IMG/VR virus record: IMGVR_UViG_3300032268_001483
Coordinates: 53,130 to 117,129 of that record
Strand: one strand, 5' to 3'
DNA from: a virus
Length of the DNA: 64,000 nt
In this document: one piece after another, positions 1-9,117 of the stretch
Position numbering within the stretch: position 1 is the first letter of the stretch
Layout of the letters: each line of letters opens with the position of its first letter
The notes under the pieces: generated by a model
What the model saw: the letters and a program-made list of their open reading frames with translations, nothing else
The model's database searches: none
What the model was told of the DNA's origin: nothing
Position numbers and translations under genes: made by a program

Positions 1-22
1 TACTCATTCTATTAAAAAAATT

Positions 23-961
23 ATGAAATTCGATTTTAACGACATTAACCTAAAACCAAGAAAGAGTATAGTTGACTCCAGAAGCCAATGTGATACATCT
101 CTAAAACTTGGTAAATACACGTTTCAATTACCAATTGTTCCTGCAAATATGCAAGCCATAATTGATGAAGATATTGCTATTAAACTATCTGAAGGGGGAT
201 ATTTTTATATACTACATAGATTTGATATTGATGTAGTTGAATTCATCAAGACAATGAAATCATATAACTACCCAACATCTATATCAATTGGTGTAAATAG
301 TGATTCATACGAACTAATTAACCAATTAGTAGAATTGGATTTAATACCAGATTTTATTACCATAGATATAGCACACGGACATTCCATCAAGATGGAAAAA
401 ATGTTGCAGTTTCTAAAAGAAAAATTACCACAAACATTCTTAATTGCTGGAAATATTTCCACACCAGAAGGGGTAGAAGATTTACAAAATTGGGGAGCAG
501 ACGCACTGAAGATAGGAATTGGCCCGGGGAGCTCCTGTACAACTTATCCAGCAACCGGTTTTGGTTCAAGAAATTGTCAAGCTTGGACTATCTATGAATG
601 CGCAAAAATAGCTAAAGTTCCAATTATCGCCGATGGTGGAATAAAAGTACCTGGGGATATCACTAAATCACTTGTCTTAGGTGCAACTATGGTAATGGTA
701 GGTGGAATGTTAGCTGGTCAGTTAGATTCTCCAGGCAAAACTGTACAGATTGATGGTAAACCCCACAAAGAGTTTTGGGGAAGTGCTTCATCACATCAGT
801 CGGGTAAGAAAAATAGAATTGAAGGAAAGAAAAATTTAATACCACTAAAAGATAAGACAATTTCACAAGAGATGAATTATCTAAAGGAGTGTTTACAGTC
901 TTCTATATCTTATGCAGGTGGAAAAAACTTAACTGTTTTTGAAGAAGTAAGTTGGTTTTAA
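23..961 (+). CDS. guaC: GMP reductase (GuaC, IMPDH/GMPR TIM-barrel family)
   Basis: N-terminal FDFNDINLKP, DIAHGHS, catalytic loop KIGIGPGSSCTT, IADGGI and EFWGSAS motifs typical of GMP reductase. Confidence 0.9.
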   Translation: MKFDFNDINLKPRKSIVDSRSQCDTSLKLGKYTFQLPIVPANMQAIIDEDIAIKLSEGGYFYILHRFDIDVVEFIKTMKSYNYPTSISIGVNSDSYELINQLVELDLIPDFITIDIAHGHSIKMEKMLQFLKEKLPQTFLIAGNISTPEGVEDLQNWGADALKIGIGPGSSCTTYPATGFGSRNCQAWTIYECAKIAKVPIIADGGIKVPGDITKSLVLGATMVMVGGMLAGQLDSPGKTVQIDGKPHKEFWGSASSHQSGKKNRIEGKKNLIPLKDKTISQEMNYLKECLQSSISYAGGKNLTVFEEVSWF

Positions 962-965
962 AAAT

Positions 966-1358
966 ATGGAAAGTATGATATTACCAGAAAACACAGAAGA
1001 GAAATTTCTATTTATGAAGGAGAAAATTGAAGAAAGATTTTCCAAAGTAAATGCCTCATTTCCATTCACAAAGCCCGAGATTGATGAAGAAACATCAAAT
1101 ACATTAAAGTATATATCTAATTTCTGGCAAGTCTATTATTATACAGATAGACCTTTTATTCAAGATTCAATTAACGATCGAATTCTATCTTGCTCAACAC
1201 TCCCAATTGGTGGTTTTGAATTTCTTATAAACAAAAATAAAGATAAGTTATTTGTTTTTTATTCGTCTACAGGTAGTTATATACGTGGTGAATTTATCCA
1301 ATCACCCGAAGTAATAAATAGACATAGAGATGTGACTATTGATAAATTATTGGATTAA
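966..1358 (+). CDS. Hypothetical protein with C-terminal RDVTIDKLLD motif
   Basis: 130-aa ORF directly after guaC; C-terminal motif shared with 61426 and 62902 ORFs. Confidence 0.7.
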   Translation: MESMILPENTEEKFLFMKEKIEERFSKVNASFPFTKPEIDEETSNTLKYISNFWQVYYYTDRPFIQDSINDRILSCSTLPIGGFEFLINKNKDKLFVFYSSTGSYIRGEFIQSPEVINRHRDVTIDKLLD

Positions 1359-1846
1359 ATTTTTCTAGCTTCTAATGAATATGTAGTCTTGCACTCATAA
1401 ACTGAATTCCAAGCAAATCTTCTTATCTCGTAACCAAATCGCTCTATTTTTTGTAAAGTCAATTCTAAGTCTTCTTCGAATTGACTTTTATCTTTATTGT
1501 CAAATTCTTCAGTTAATTGTAAACCAATATGTATTGCATATGAAAACTGGACTGATACATGGCCTTTTCTATCTTCACTACCATAACTACCACTTATTAA
1601 ATCATAGACACTCAGATAATATTTGTCAGCTAGTTCAACCATCAAATCCTCAATCAAGTCCCTATTATCTTCGGAGAGATTTTCATTTATGAATTCTTCA
1701 AATCTAAGTATGACAGACTCTTTCTCTAAATGAGTCCATTCTTCACCCCAAACCCATTTCCATTTTTTTGGTGTCTTAGATTTGGTTTTATATTTTCTTC
1801 TGATTGCCCAAATCAATCTTAATTGTTTTTCACTTTTTGCTGGCAT
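1355..1846 (-). CDS. Hypothetical protein: basic MPAKSEKQ-type N-terminus, internal capsid-targeting-like motif (LRFEEFINE), paralog of 3407..3787
   Basis: Tightly packed ORF; ENLSEDNRDLIEDLMVELAD...KIERFGY aligns with ESLTEDDRLQIEDTFVFLSD...RIKRFGY of 3407 ORF. Confidence 0.7.
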   Translation of the reverse strand: MPAKSEKQLRLIWAIRRKYKTKSKTPKKWKWVWGEEWTHLEKESVILRFEEFINENLSEDNRDLIEDLMVELADKYYLSVYDLISGSYGSEDRKGHVSVQFSYAIHIGLQLTEEFDNKDKSQFEEDLELTLQKIERFGYEIRRFAWNSVYECKTTYSLEARKI

Positions 1847-2602
1847 TTACTTTAACAATTTTATTATTTGATTTATAATTGCCGATTTACTTCTTCTTGC
1901 ATCAGTTTTTGTAAATACTTCTATGATATTATCAGTTAAACTTCTATTGATTTTATCATGACTTTTCGTATAGTAATTTTTATATTTAGTCCAGCCCTCT
2001 GCCCAATGTGTACCACCTTTTACTTGGTCACCAAGTTTTTTTACTGTTTTCTTAGGTATATCAGTCCGTTTTAATTTACCACCACTACCACCAATCATAG
2101 CTTCTACTAACTCTATCAACCTCCTCTTTTTTGATTCAGAAAACTCACAATCTTCACTTTTCAAATCTTTTAATATTTGTTCCAAAGGTTTTATCCCATG
2201 ATAATCAATTCTTCTTTCATGTGACTTCTTCAATAGTTCTTGACTTTTCTCAAAGTCATTTGATGGTACAAGGACAAAAACATTTTTATAATCCTTAATT
2301 AATTTTTTTACATCACCTTGATAGATGTGTCCTCCACCGAAATCTAATATACTCGGTTTATTATATTTTTCAAAATCTTCTGATAGAACATGCTCCACAC
2401 ATTTGATTTCATTTTCGTTACCATACCCGAAATCTGGTTGTAGTCTATCTAAAGATATTACTTCTAAACCAAGTTTTTCACCTAATTCTTTTGAAATAGT
2501 TGATTTTCCAATAGTTGGCGCACCTAAAAGAATAATTCTATCTTTTTGGCAATATTTCTGATTTTTTGACTCAAATACTCTGTATGATTGTAAATATTTC
2601 AT
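1847..2602 (-). CDS. Shikimate/NMP-kinase-like P-loop protein with capsid-targeting-like N-terminus
   Basis: GAPTIGKST Walker A, SLD and DFGGG motifs resembling AroK; starts MKYLQSYRVFES. Confidence 0.65.
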   Translation of the reverse strand: MKYLQSYRVFESKNQKYCQKDRIILLGAPTIGKSTISKELGEKLGLEVISLDRLQPDFGYGNENEIKCVEHVLSEDFEKYNKPSILDFGGGHIYQGDVKKLIKDYKNVFVLVPSNDFEKSQELLKKSHERRIDYHGIKPLEQILKDLKSEDCEFSESKKRRLIELVEAMIGGSGGKLKRTDIPKKTVKKLGDQVKGGTHWAEGWTKYKNYYTKSHDKINRSLTDNIIEVFTKTDARRSKSAIINQIIKLLK

Positions 2603-2648
2603 TTTTAATAATTTTTTTTTAAACTATATAATTCGAATGTTTCACTTC

Positions 2649-3410
2649 TTAGATTTCGAAATCATCATCATCATCCTGTGTCTGCTCGTTTATAAAATTG
2701 ATTAGTTTTATAAAATCACTCTTTAATTGACTATCAAATAAAATTTCATTAAATTTATCAACGGCTATATTTACAGCTGGTAATAATTTATCATAGTCAA
2801 ATTCATTTCCCTCAAATTTATACTTCTTACTATATCCACTCACAATTCTTTTATTAAAATCACCAACATTAAAGAACATCTCAGGAATAATACTAATCTC
2901 ATTTATTTCTTCATCCATCGAATTTTCACTAACAAACAATATTAATGAGAAGCGTATATAAATATTATCCGAATTTATTTCTCTAATGAATTTATATGAA
3001 CCATCTTCAAAAGACCCAATACTCTTATTTTGACGCACAGGAATCAAAGGACTACTAATTTGTCTATATTTAGGTATGTCCATCTTAAAATCTATATCAG
3101 AAAAATTAGAGAAATTTTCAACCTTTAAATGATTTATAATTAAATCAATTAGTTCTTCTAATGTAATAGAAGAACATCTCAAAATATTATTTATGTTATT
3201 AACAATTAAAGTATATCCACTTCTTTTATCACTCACATCATAATAATCTTCACTTCCAATCATGTTCAAAGCCAGTTCAATACTTTCTTGGTTTTCGGAT
3301 AAAAATAGTTTGAACAAGTTTTCTACCTCATACTTATCAAATTTTTCATCTCCATCAAAAGATTCAAACAGCAAAAAATCTTTAAAATTTTTAATCTTTT
3401 TCATTTTCAT
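2649..3410 (-). CDS. Hypothetical protein, putative internal head protein (start may be 3404)
   Basis: 253-aa ORF; N-terminus MKKIKNFKDFLLFES. Confidence 0.7.
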   Translation of the reverse strand: MKMKKIKNFKDFLLFESFDGDEKFDKYEVENLFKLFLSENQESIELALNMIGSEDYYDVSDKRSGYTLIVNNINNILRCSSITLEELIDLIINHLKVENFSNFSDIDFKMDIPKYRQISSPLIPVRQNKSIGSFEDGSYKFIREINSDNIYIRFSLILFVSENSMDEEINEISIIPEMFFNVGDFNKRIVSGYSKKYKFEGNEFDYDKLLPAVNIAVDKFNEILFDSQLKSDFIKLINFINEQTQDDDDDFEI

Positions 3411-3787
3411 ACATTATTTTTTTTGTTTATATAAATCGAATATAACATATTTTTTTCTTCACTAAAATCAAAAGGATTCACAATTTTTTTTAAATAACCC
3501 CAAGTATTTATCTCTATATAATACCCAAATCTTTTAATTCTCTCAATTACTAATGTTAATTCCTTTTCAAATAAAGTCATATCTATATTGGTATTTGTTA
3601 TTCTAATAACAGTAATAATCCCAGTATCATATAAGGATATATTTATATGACCATTTTTATCTAATTCTGAATCTAAACTGAAATTAAAATCATCAGAAAG
3701 AAAAACAAAGGTATCCTCTATTTGCAACCTATCATCTTCTGTCAAAGATTCATTTATTCTGTAATATTCCAAATATTTCATTTTCAT
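3407..3787 (-). CDS. Hypothetical protein, putative internal head protein
   Basis: N-terminus MKYLEYYRINES; paralogous to C-terminal part of 1355 ORF. Confidence 0.7.
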   Translation of the reverse strand: MKMKYLEYYRINESLTEDDRLQIEDTFVFLSDDFNFSLDSELDKNGHINISLYDTGIITVIRITNTNIDMTLFEKELTLVIERIKRFGYYIEINTWGYLKKIVNPFDFSEEKNMLYSIYINKKNNV

Positions 3788-3789
3788 TT

Positions 3790-4947
3790 TTATTTATATT
3801 TCCAAATAAATCCATTTGAATGTTTATATTTACCCACACAACACATTTGAATACAACTACCTCTACTTCCTGTTTTTTTAGCAGCCTCTACAATTGAATC
3901 AAATTCCATTATGAAGTTACCATCTAAATCATACTGACAAACAGATTTTAAAGTCTTATTTGAATATTTTTTAGGTGGATTATCACCATAATATCTCCAT
4001 ATATATTTACCTGCAGATTTGTATTTTCCTCTACAACACTCACCTATATTACCATGATTTATACCAGTAACTTCCGAAGCCCCAAACATTGAATCAAAAT
4101 CTCTAATCCAATTACCATCTAAATCATACTGACTAACCTTTTTAGAATTTTCATCTAACTTATCCAGATTTAAATCAAACCACTCATCCTTATATCTCCA
4201 AATAAATCCACCACAAGTTTTTTGTTTTCCAATACAACAACCAGAAACATAGAGATTCAAATCTTTTTGAATCCTTTCCGCACTCTCCCACTCACCTACT
4301 AAATTACCCACTAAATCATACTGTAAGACTACCTTTTGACCAGTAGCGAGCTGTTTCATCCACTCAGATTTATCTTTCTCTATTCCCCATTCCTTTAAAC
4401 TTCTGAATACTTTTGTCTCACTACAATTTAACTTCTCTGATATCTTTGGCATTGATAAGTTTTCCACAATGTAAAGTTCATATAATAAATCTTTATCAAT
4501 AAATGTTTTTGGTCTATTATTATAGCCAGGTGTTTCTAAATATTTTTCTTTTAACTTTTCAGAAATTTTTTTCTTATGTTCATCAGAAAGTTTTACACCT
4601 CTTTTAGATTCACTCATTCTTTTCTTGGTTTCTTCGGTGTGTGAATATCCATTACCACCTTGTCCACCCTCAGTGAGATTTGTGAGATTACATCCTTCAT
4701 TTCTCAATTTTTCTATCCAATATTTTTCCCAGTATTCCCAATTATCCTCTTCAACAGTATCCAATGTAGATATTATGGGTCGCTTTTCATTTTTTAATAG
4801 TGATTTGATCCATGATATTTTATGTGACTTTCTACCTGAATAACACTCTTTTATGTGGGAATATAATCTCTGTTTCAAATATTGTTTTGTCTTACCCACA
4901 TATCTTATTTCACCAGATTCATCTGATAGTGCATAAATAATTACCAT
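3790..4947 (-). CDS. Free-standing GIY-YIG homing endonuclease with NUMOD3 and three NUMOD1-like repeats
   Basis: IYAL...YVGK...R...H...E...N GIY-YIG core; HTEETKKRMSE/LSDEHKKKISE (NUMOD3); three V.QYDLxGN...F.S...CC.G...GFIW repeats. Confidence 0.88.
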   Translation of the reverse strand: MVIIYALSDESGEIRYVGKTKQYLKQRLYSHIKECYSGRKSHKISWIKSLLKNEKRPIISTLDTVEEDNWEYWEKYWIEKLRNEGCNLTNLTEGGQGGNGYSHTEETKKRMSESKRGVKLSDEHKKKISEKLKEKYLETPGYNNRPKTFIDKDLLYELYIVENLSMPKISEKLNCSETKVFRSLKEWGIEKDKSEWMKQLATGQKVVLQYDLVGNLVGEWESAERIQKDLNLYVSGCCIGKQKTCGGFIWRYKDEWFDLNLDKLDENSKKVSQYDLDGNWIRDFDSMFGASEVTGINHGNIGECCRGKYKSAGKYIWRYYGDNPPKKYSNKTLKSVCQYDLDGNFIMEFDSIVEAAKKTGSRGSCIQMCCVGKYKHSNGFIWKYK

Positions 4948-4969
4948 AATATAATATAATATTTTTATT

Positions 4970-4980
4970 TATATATTAAA
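4970..4980 (-). promoter_or_regulatory. Late-promoter-like motif for GIY-YIG gene
   Basis: TTTAATATATA on the minus strand. Confidence 0.55.
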
Positions 4981-4989
4981 TATGGTAAC

Positions 4990-5748
4990 CTATCTTTTTA
5001 TCATTACAAAAAACGACGAAGTCGACATCGCTTTTATATCCTCTTCTACCTTCCCCATTTCTTCTTTCCCATCTGACACCAAATCAGCACTATTGTAGGT
5101 AATTCCACCGGGAAGTGTAAAATTAAATTGACCTAATAATCTACCTTGTTGCATCTTAGCCCACCCAGTACAATATCTCAGAAAATAATGATCAGCCATT
5201 AAAGTCTCCAAAGGAATATTGACATAAGCTTCTAATATTAAGTGGTGTTCTACATTTGTTAAAATATTCAATCTATGAGTTAATTGATTGAAGTGAAATT
5301 TAGTAGTATATAAATTCAATTGATTCAACATATCCGCCATTGAGTCAATCTGTGTTTTGTAAATACCCAACTCACCGATAGTTGTTATATAGGATGAAAG
5401 ATATGGTTGATTTGTAACTCCCAGATTTACAGACAAGTTAGGAACATTGATGCCCAGCTGTAAAAGATTTTGATTGCTTAATTTGTAAATCCAAGTTACC
5501 GATTGAATTTCACAAGGTAACTCTATATACTTATAGTTGACGTATTCAGCAGTCGAAAAAGCTGTTTTGTCAATGAAATAATACATTTTACCTACTGCAT
5601 ATTGGTAGTTTTGCCAAAACCATTTTGCGGCTCTTGTTTCTACGAATTGTCTGATTGAATGATCTGGTAGATTTTTTGGAAGAGCTCCCCCAACCGTAAC
5701 ATCGGTTTGAACTAAATCTATAAATTCTTCGATAGTAATTTGACTCAT
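4990..5748 (-). CDS. Neck/head-completion protein (T4 gp13-like)
   Basis: C-terminal WAKMQQGRLLGQFNFTLPGGITYN...GKEEM pattern matches gp13-family LPGG motif. Confidence 0.75.
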   Translation of the reverse strand: MSQITIEEFIDLVQTDVTVGGALPKNLPDHSIRQFVETRAAKWFWQNYQYAVGKMYYFIDKTAFSTAEYVNYKYIELPCEIQSVTWIYKLSNQNLLQLGINVPNLSVNLGVTNQPYLSSYITTIGELGIYKTQIDSMADMLNQLNLYTTKFHFNQLTHRLNILTNVEHHLILEAYVNIPLETLMADHYFLRYCTGWAKMQQGRLLGQFNFTLPGGITYNSADLVSDGKEEMGKVEEDIKAMSTSSFFVMIKR

Positions 5749-5768
5749 AAAATATTTTTAATTTATAG

Positions 5769-5817
5769 TATATATTAAAAAATTAAAGTAACATAAACTC
5801 CAATTTTAGATATATAG
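5769..5817. promoter_or_regulatory. Divergent pair of late-promoter-like motifs (neck gene / Hef-like gene)
   Basis: TTTTAATATATA (minus) and TTTTAGATATATAG (plus). Confidence 0.55.
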
Positions 5818-5821
5818 TAGT

Positions 5822-7630
5822 ATGAATACGATACTTCAAGATATAACTAACAGAACTTCCAATATAGGGTCACTTGTACTCCTGGTAAAAAATAATTCTG
5901 AATACTTAGATTTTATTAATCATAATGTTCCAGAATCTATTTTAGATAGACAGCTATCTGAAAAAATTTATTATTTAGTTAATAATATAAACACACCTCA
6001 GTTATGTAGATGTGGAAAACATCTATCTTTTATTGGCTTTAAAAATGGTTATAGAAAGAGTTGTGGTGATAGGGAATGTTATGTGAGTTCAAGAAAAGAA
6101 ACTTGTATTGAAAAGTTTGGTGTAGATAATCCAAAAAAATCTAAAGAAATTTTGGAGAAAGAAAAAGAGAACATTCGTAAAAAATGGAATGGTGAACATT
6201 TCATGCTGAATAAAGACATAAAAGATAAGTTTAAGAAAACAATGATTGATAACTGGGGAGTTGAATGGGCTCAACAAAACAAATCTATTAAAGATAAATC
6301 CCTAGAAACTTGGAATAATAATCCAGAAAAGGTGAGTGTAATAGAATCGAGAAAAAATAAATTATTGAAAAAATCCGATGAGGAGAAAAGTATCATAGAA
6401 AATAAAAAAAGAGCAAAGATAATTGATAAATTCAGTACCTATGAAAACTTCATAAATTTCAGAAAAGAAAAGATTGAAGAGGCTTCTATAGAAAAGTATG
6501 GAACTCAACACCATCTTTCTTCTCCAGAAGTAATTAAATTGAGAATTGATAAATATAAAGAAAAAATCACCCAAAAGATTTTAGAGAAATTACCCAATAC
6601 TTTAACTTATTTAGATAGGTTTCATAATAAGAATCTTACTGACCACTACATTAAATTGCATTGTCAAAATTGTGATAGTGAATTTTCTATAACAAGACAA
6701 TTATTAGTAAATCGAATTAACTCCGGAATAGAAGTGTGTTTGAATTGTAATCCAATATTAGTTGGTAAGTCTAAAGGAGAAGAAGAAGTATTTGAATTTA
6801 TATCATCAATTTATAGTGGACAAATTTTACAGAGATATAGAATTGATGGAAAAGAAATTGACATTTACTTACCGGATTTGAAAATAGGATTTGAATATAA
6901 TGGACTATTTTGGCATTCTAACTTACACAAAAGCTCACAATTTCATTTAGAAAAAACAAAATTTTTTGAGGAAGTTGGAATTAAATTAATTCATATTTGG
7001 GAAGATGATTGGTTATATAAAAGGGAAATTATAAAATCAATAATATCAAATAAGATAGGTGCTACTAAAAATAAAATCTTTGCAAGAAAATGTCAGGTAA
7101 GAGAAGTTGATAATAGTCAAGTTCGTAGTTTCTTGGAAAGTAATCACATACAGAGCTTTGTGGGCTCACGAGTTAAACTTGGACTTTTTTATAAAGATGA
7201 ATTAGTTAGCATAATGACTTTCGGTAGTCTTAGAAAATCTTTAGGTTATAACAATGTCGAAGGCAATTGGGAATTGTTGAGATTTTGTAATAAATTAGAT
7301 TGTTCTGTAGTCGGTGGTGCCTCTAAATTATTCAATTATTTCTTGAAAGTATGGAAGCCAAGTCAAGTCATAAGTTTTTGTGATTATAGTAGATCAGATG
7401 GGAATATCTATAAAACTTTAGGATTCGAGTTACAACATCTTTCAACTCCTAACTATTACTACATCGTAGATAGTGTTAGAAGACATAGATTCAATTATAG
7501 AAAGGACAAATTAGTTACTAATGGATCTGATTCTAATCTAACAGAATCACAAATTATGCAAAATTTAGGTATAAATAAAATTTATGACTGTGGTATGCAG
7601 AAATGGATTTTTATCCGAATTGAAAGTTAG
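5822..7630 (+). CDS. Hef-like endonuclease: Zn-ribbon + EKFGVDNP repeats + Vsr/DUF559-like nuclease + Mom/GNAT-like C-terminal domain
   Basis: CRCG/CxxC ribbons; EKFGVDNP, WGVEW, EKYGTQH repeats; EIDIYLP..GFEYNGLFWH..IHIWEDDW; ELLRFC..VVGGASKL..IYKTLGF. Confidence 0.8.
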   Translation: MNTILQDITNRTSNIGSLVLLVKNNSEYLDFINHNVPESILDRQLSEKIYYLVNNINTPQLCRCGKHLSFIGFKNGYRKSCGDRECYVSSRKETCIEKFGVDNPKKSKEILEKEKENIRKKWNGEHFMLNKDIKDKFKKTMIDNWGVEWAQQNKSIKDKSLETWNNNPEKVSVIESRKNKLLKKSDEEKSIIENKKRAKIIDKFSTYENFINFRKEKIEEASIEKYGTQHHLSSPEVIKLRIDKYKEKITQKILEKLPNTLTYLDRFHNKNLTDHYIKLHCQNCDSEFSITRQLLVNRINSGIEVCLNCNPILVGKSKGEEEVFEFISSIYSGQILQRYRIDGKEIDIYLPDLKIGFEYNGLFWHSNLHKSSQFHLEKTKFFEEVGIKLIHIWEDDWLYKREIIKSIISNKIGATKNKIFARKCQVREVDNSQVRSFLESNHIQSFVGSRVKLGLFYKDELVSIMTFGSLRKSLGYNNVEGNWELLRFCNKLDCSVVGGASKLFNYFLKVWKPSQVISFCDYSRSDGNIYKTLGFELQHLSTPNYYYIVDSVRRHRFNYRKDKLVTNGSDSNLTESQIMQNLGINKIYDCGMQKWIFIRIES

Positions 7631-9117
7631 CCAAACTACAAATCTTACCTTTTACAAGTCCTTTTTCACAACAAGTTCTAACTAGTTGAATTGAGGCTAC
7701 AACTAAAAGTGTATATTTCAAAATAGTTAAAACTGGGCCGATTTGTGTTTCTAAAATTGCTACCAAACTTGCACCTATAATTGGAGCAACTACTTTAGCA
7801 AATCCGCTAAAAATAGACTTTAATTTTTGATTTTTATTTATCGATACTTCACCAGCCTGTTCAATCGATTCCTGTGCTTGTTGAGTAGGATCACCCTCAT
7901 CTTCTGCCTCTCCCGAAATAATTTCATCTACTTTAGGCAAAACTTTACCAAATGCTTTATATTTATATGCTTTATCTAATCCCCTTCTAGCAACTCCTGA
8001 TATTAGATATAGAGCGCCATTTGTTCCATACTTCAAAGCCTTCAAAACAAGATAGTCTATAGGTCTAATAATTAATTTAAAACATTCTAAAACCCAACCC
8101 ATTACACCCATTCTACCTTTAACTGCCTTTTCTTCACCACCCTTTTCACCAGATGATTTTGAAACTATATCACCTTTCTCTTTGTAGAATTCATTTTCTT
8201 CTTTATCTTTAAAATAGAATTTATCACCTTCTATCTTTGTTATTTCTTTTTCTATTTCTTCTCCAGTTTTAGATTTATATTTTACTTTATCACCAACATT
8301 ATATTCTTGAGCTTCTTGTACCTCATTTATTATCATATCAACATCACTCAGATTACCACCTTCAACTAAAAAACCTTTGAGTGAATAGTAAACTCTTTCG
8401 AAATTAAATTTACTATAAAGATTGAATGAGTCCTTAACTAAATCTTCAATTTTATCTAAATCATCAACTGCATCATATTCTGATGCCTCCTCTTCTAATT
8501 TCTTTTTTACTTCATCAGAGGTGTTACCTATCTCACCTTTTGAAAATCTACTTTTGATACCGTTCAAGTCTGATACAACTTCACCTGTTTCAGTTGAGAA
8601 AGTTTCATCTAAAATAATTTCAGATAAGGCTTCTACTGATGGATTTTTTTGATTTTCTATTATCCATCCACCTACACTTTTAACTAATGTGATCCCGGCA
8701 GTTTTTGTGATTTCCCAAAGAGCTATAAATACTTGACTTATTTTTTTAAAGATATTTGATATGGTATCTTTTATATTTTTTAAAAATTCAGTAAAACTAT
8801 TATAAGCTTTTCCAACAATATTAATACCGCCTTCCCAAGCATTTTTTGTTGCGTTCCATATTTTACCAAAAATATTTTCTTCTTCTAAAATTGAACTATC
8901 ACTATTTAAAAAACTTCCATAAATTTCTTTAATGATAATTTTATCTAATTTTTTAAAATTTATATTTTTTTTTGAATTGTGTCACGTCAATTCTTTCTGA
9001 TATAAGACAACTTTCAAAAATTGATTTATTCGATTCTCTACCTATATTATAAAAATAGTATAGATTATCAACCTTTCTACTTTGACTAAAACTTGAATAA
9101 TTTTTTATATATCTCAC
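7611..9117 (-). pseudogene. Frameshifted (or slippage-expressed) ~501-aa putative virion protein; GTG start overlaps the paaA stop; A9 run at 8965-8973 breaks the frame
   Basis: Hand translation: 9117 [13 protein letters not shown]...TQFKKK YKF* (stop 8953-8955); the frame of the 7611..8567 ORF is open without ATG up to about 8981; removing one A fuses them. Contains an SH3/KOW-like YNVGDKVKY segment and hydrophobic helices. Confidence 0.7.
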
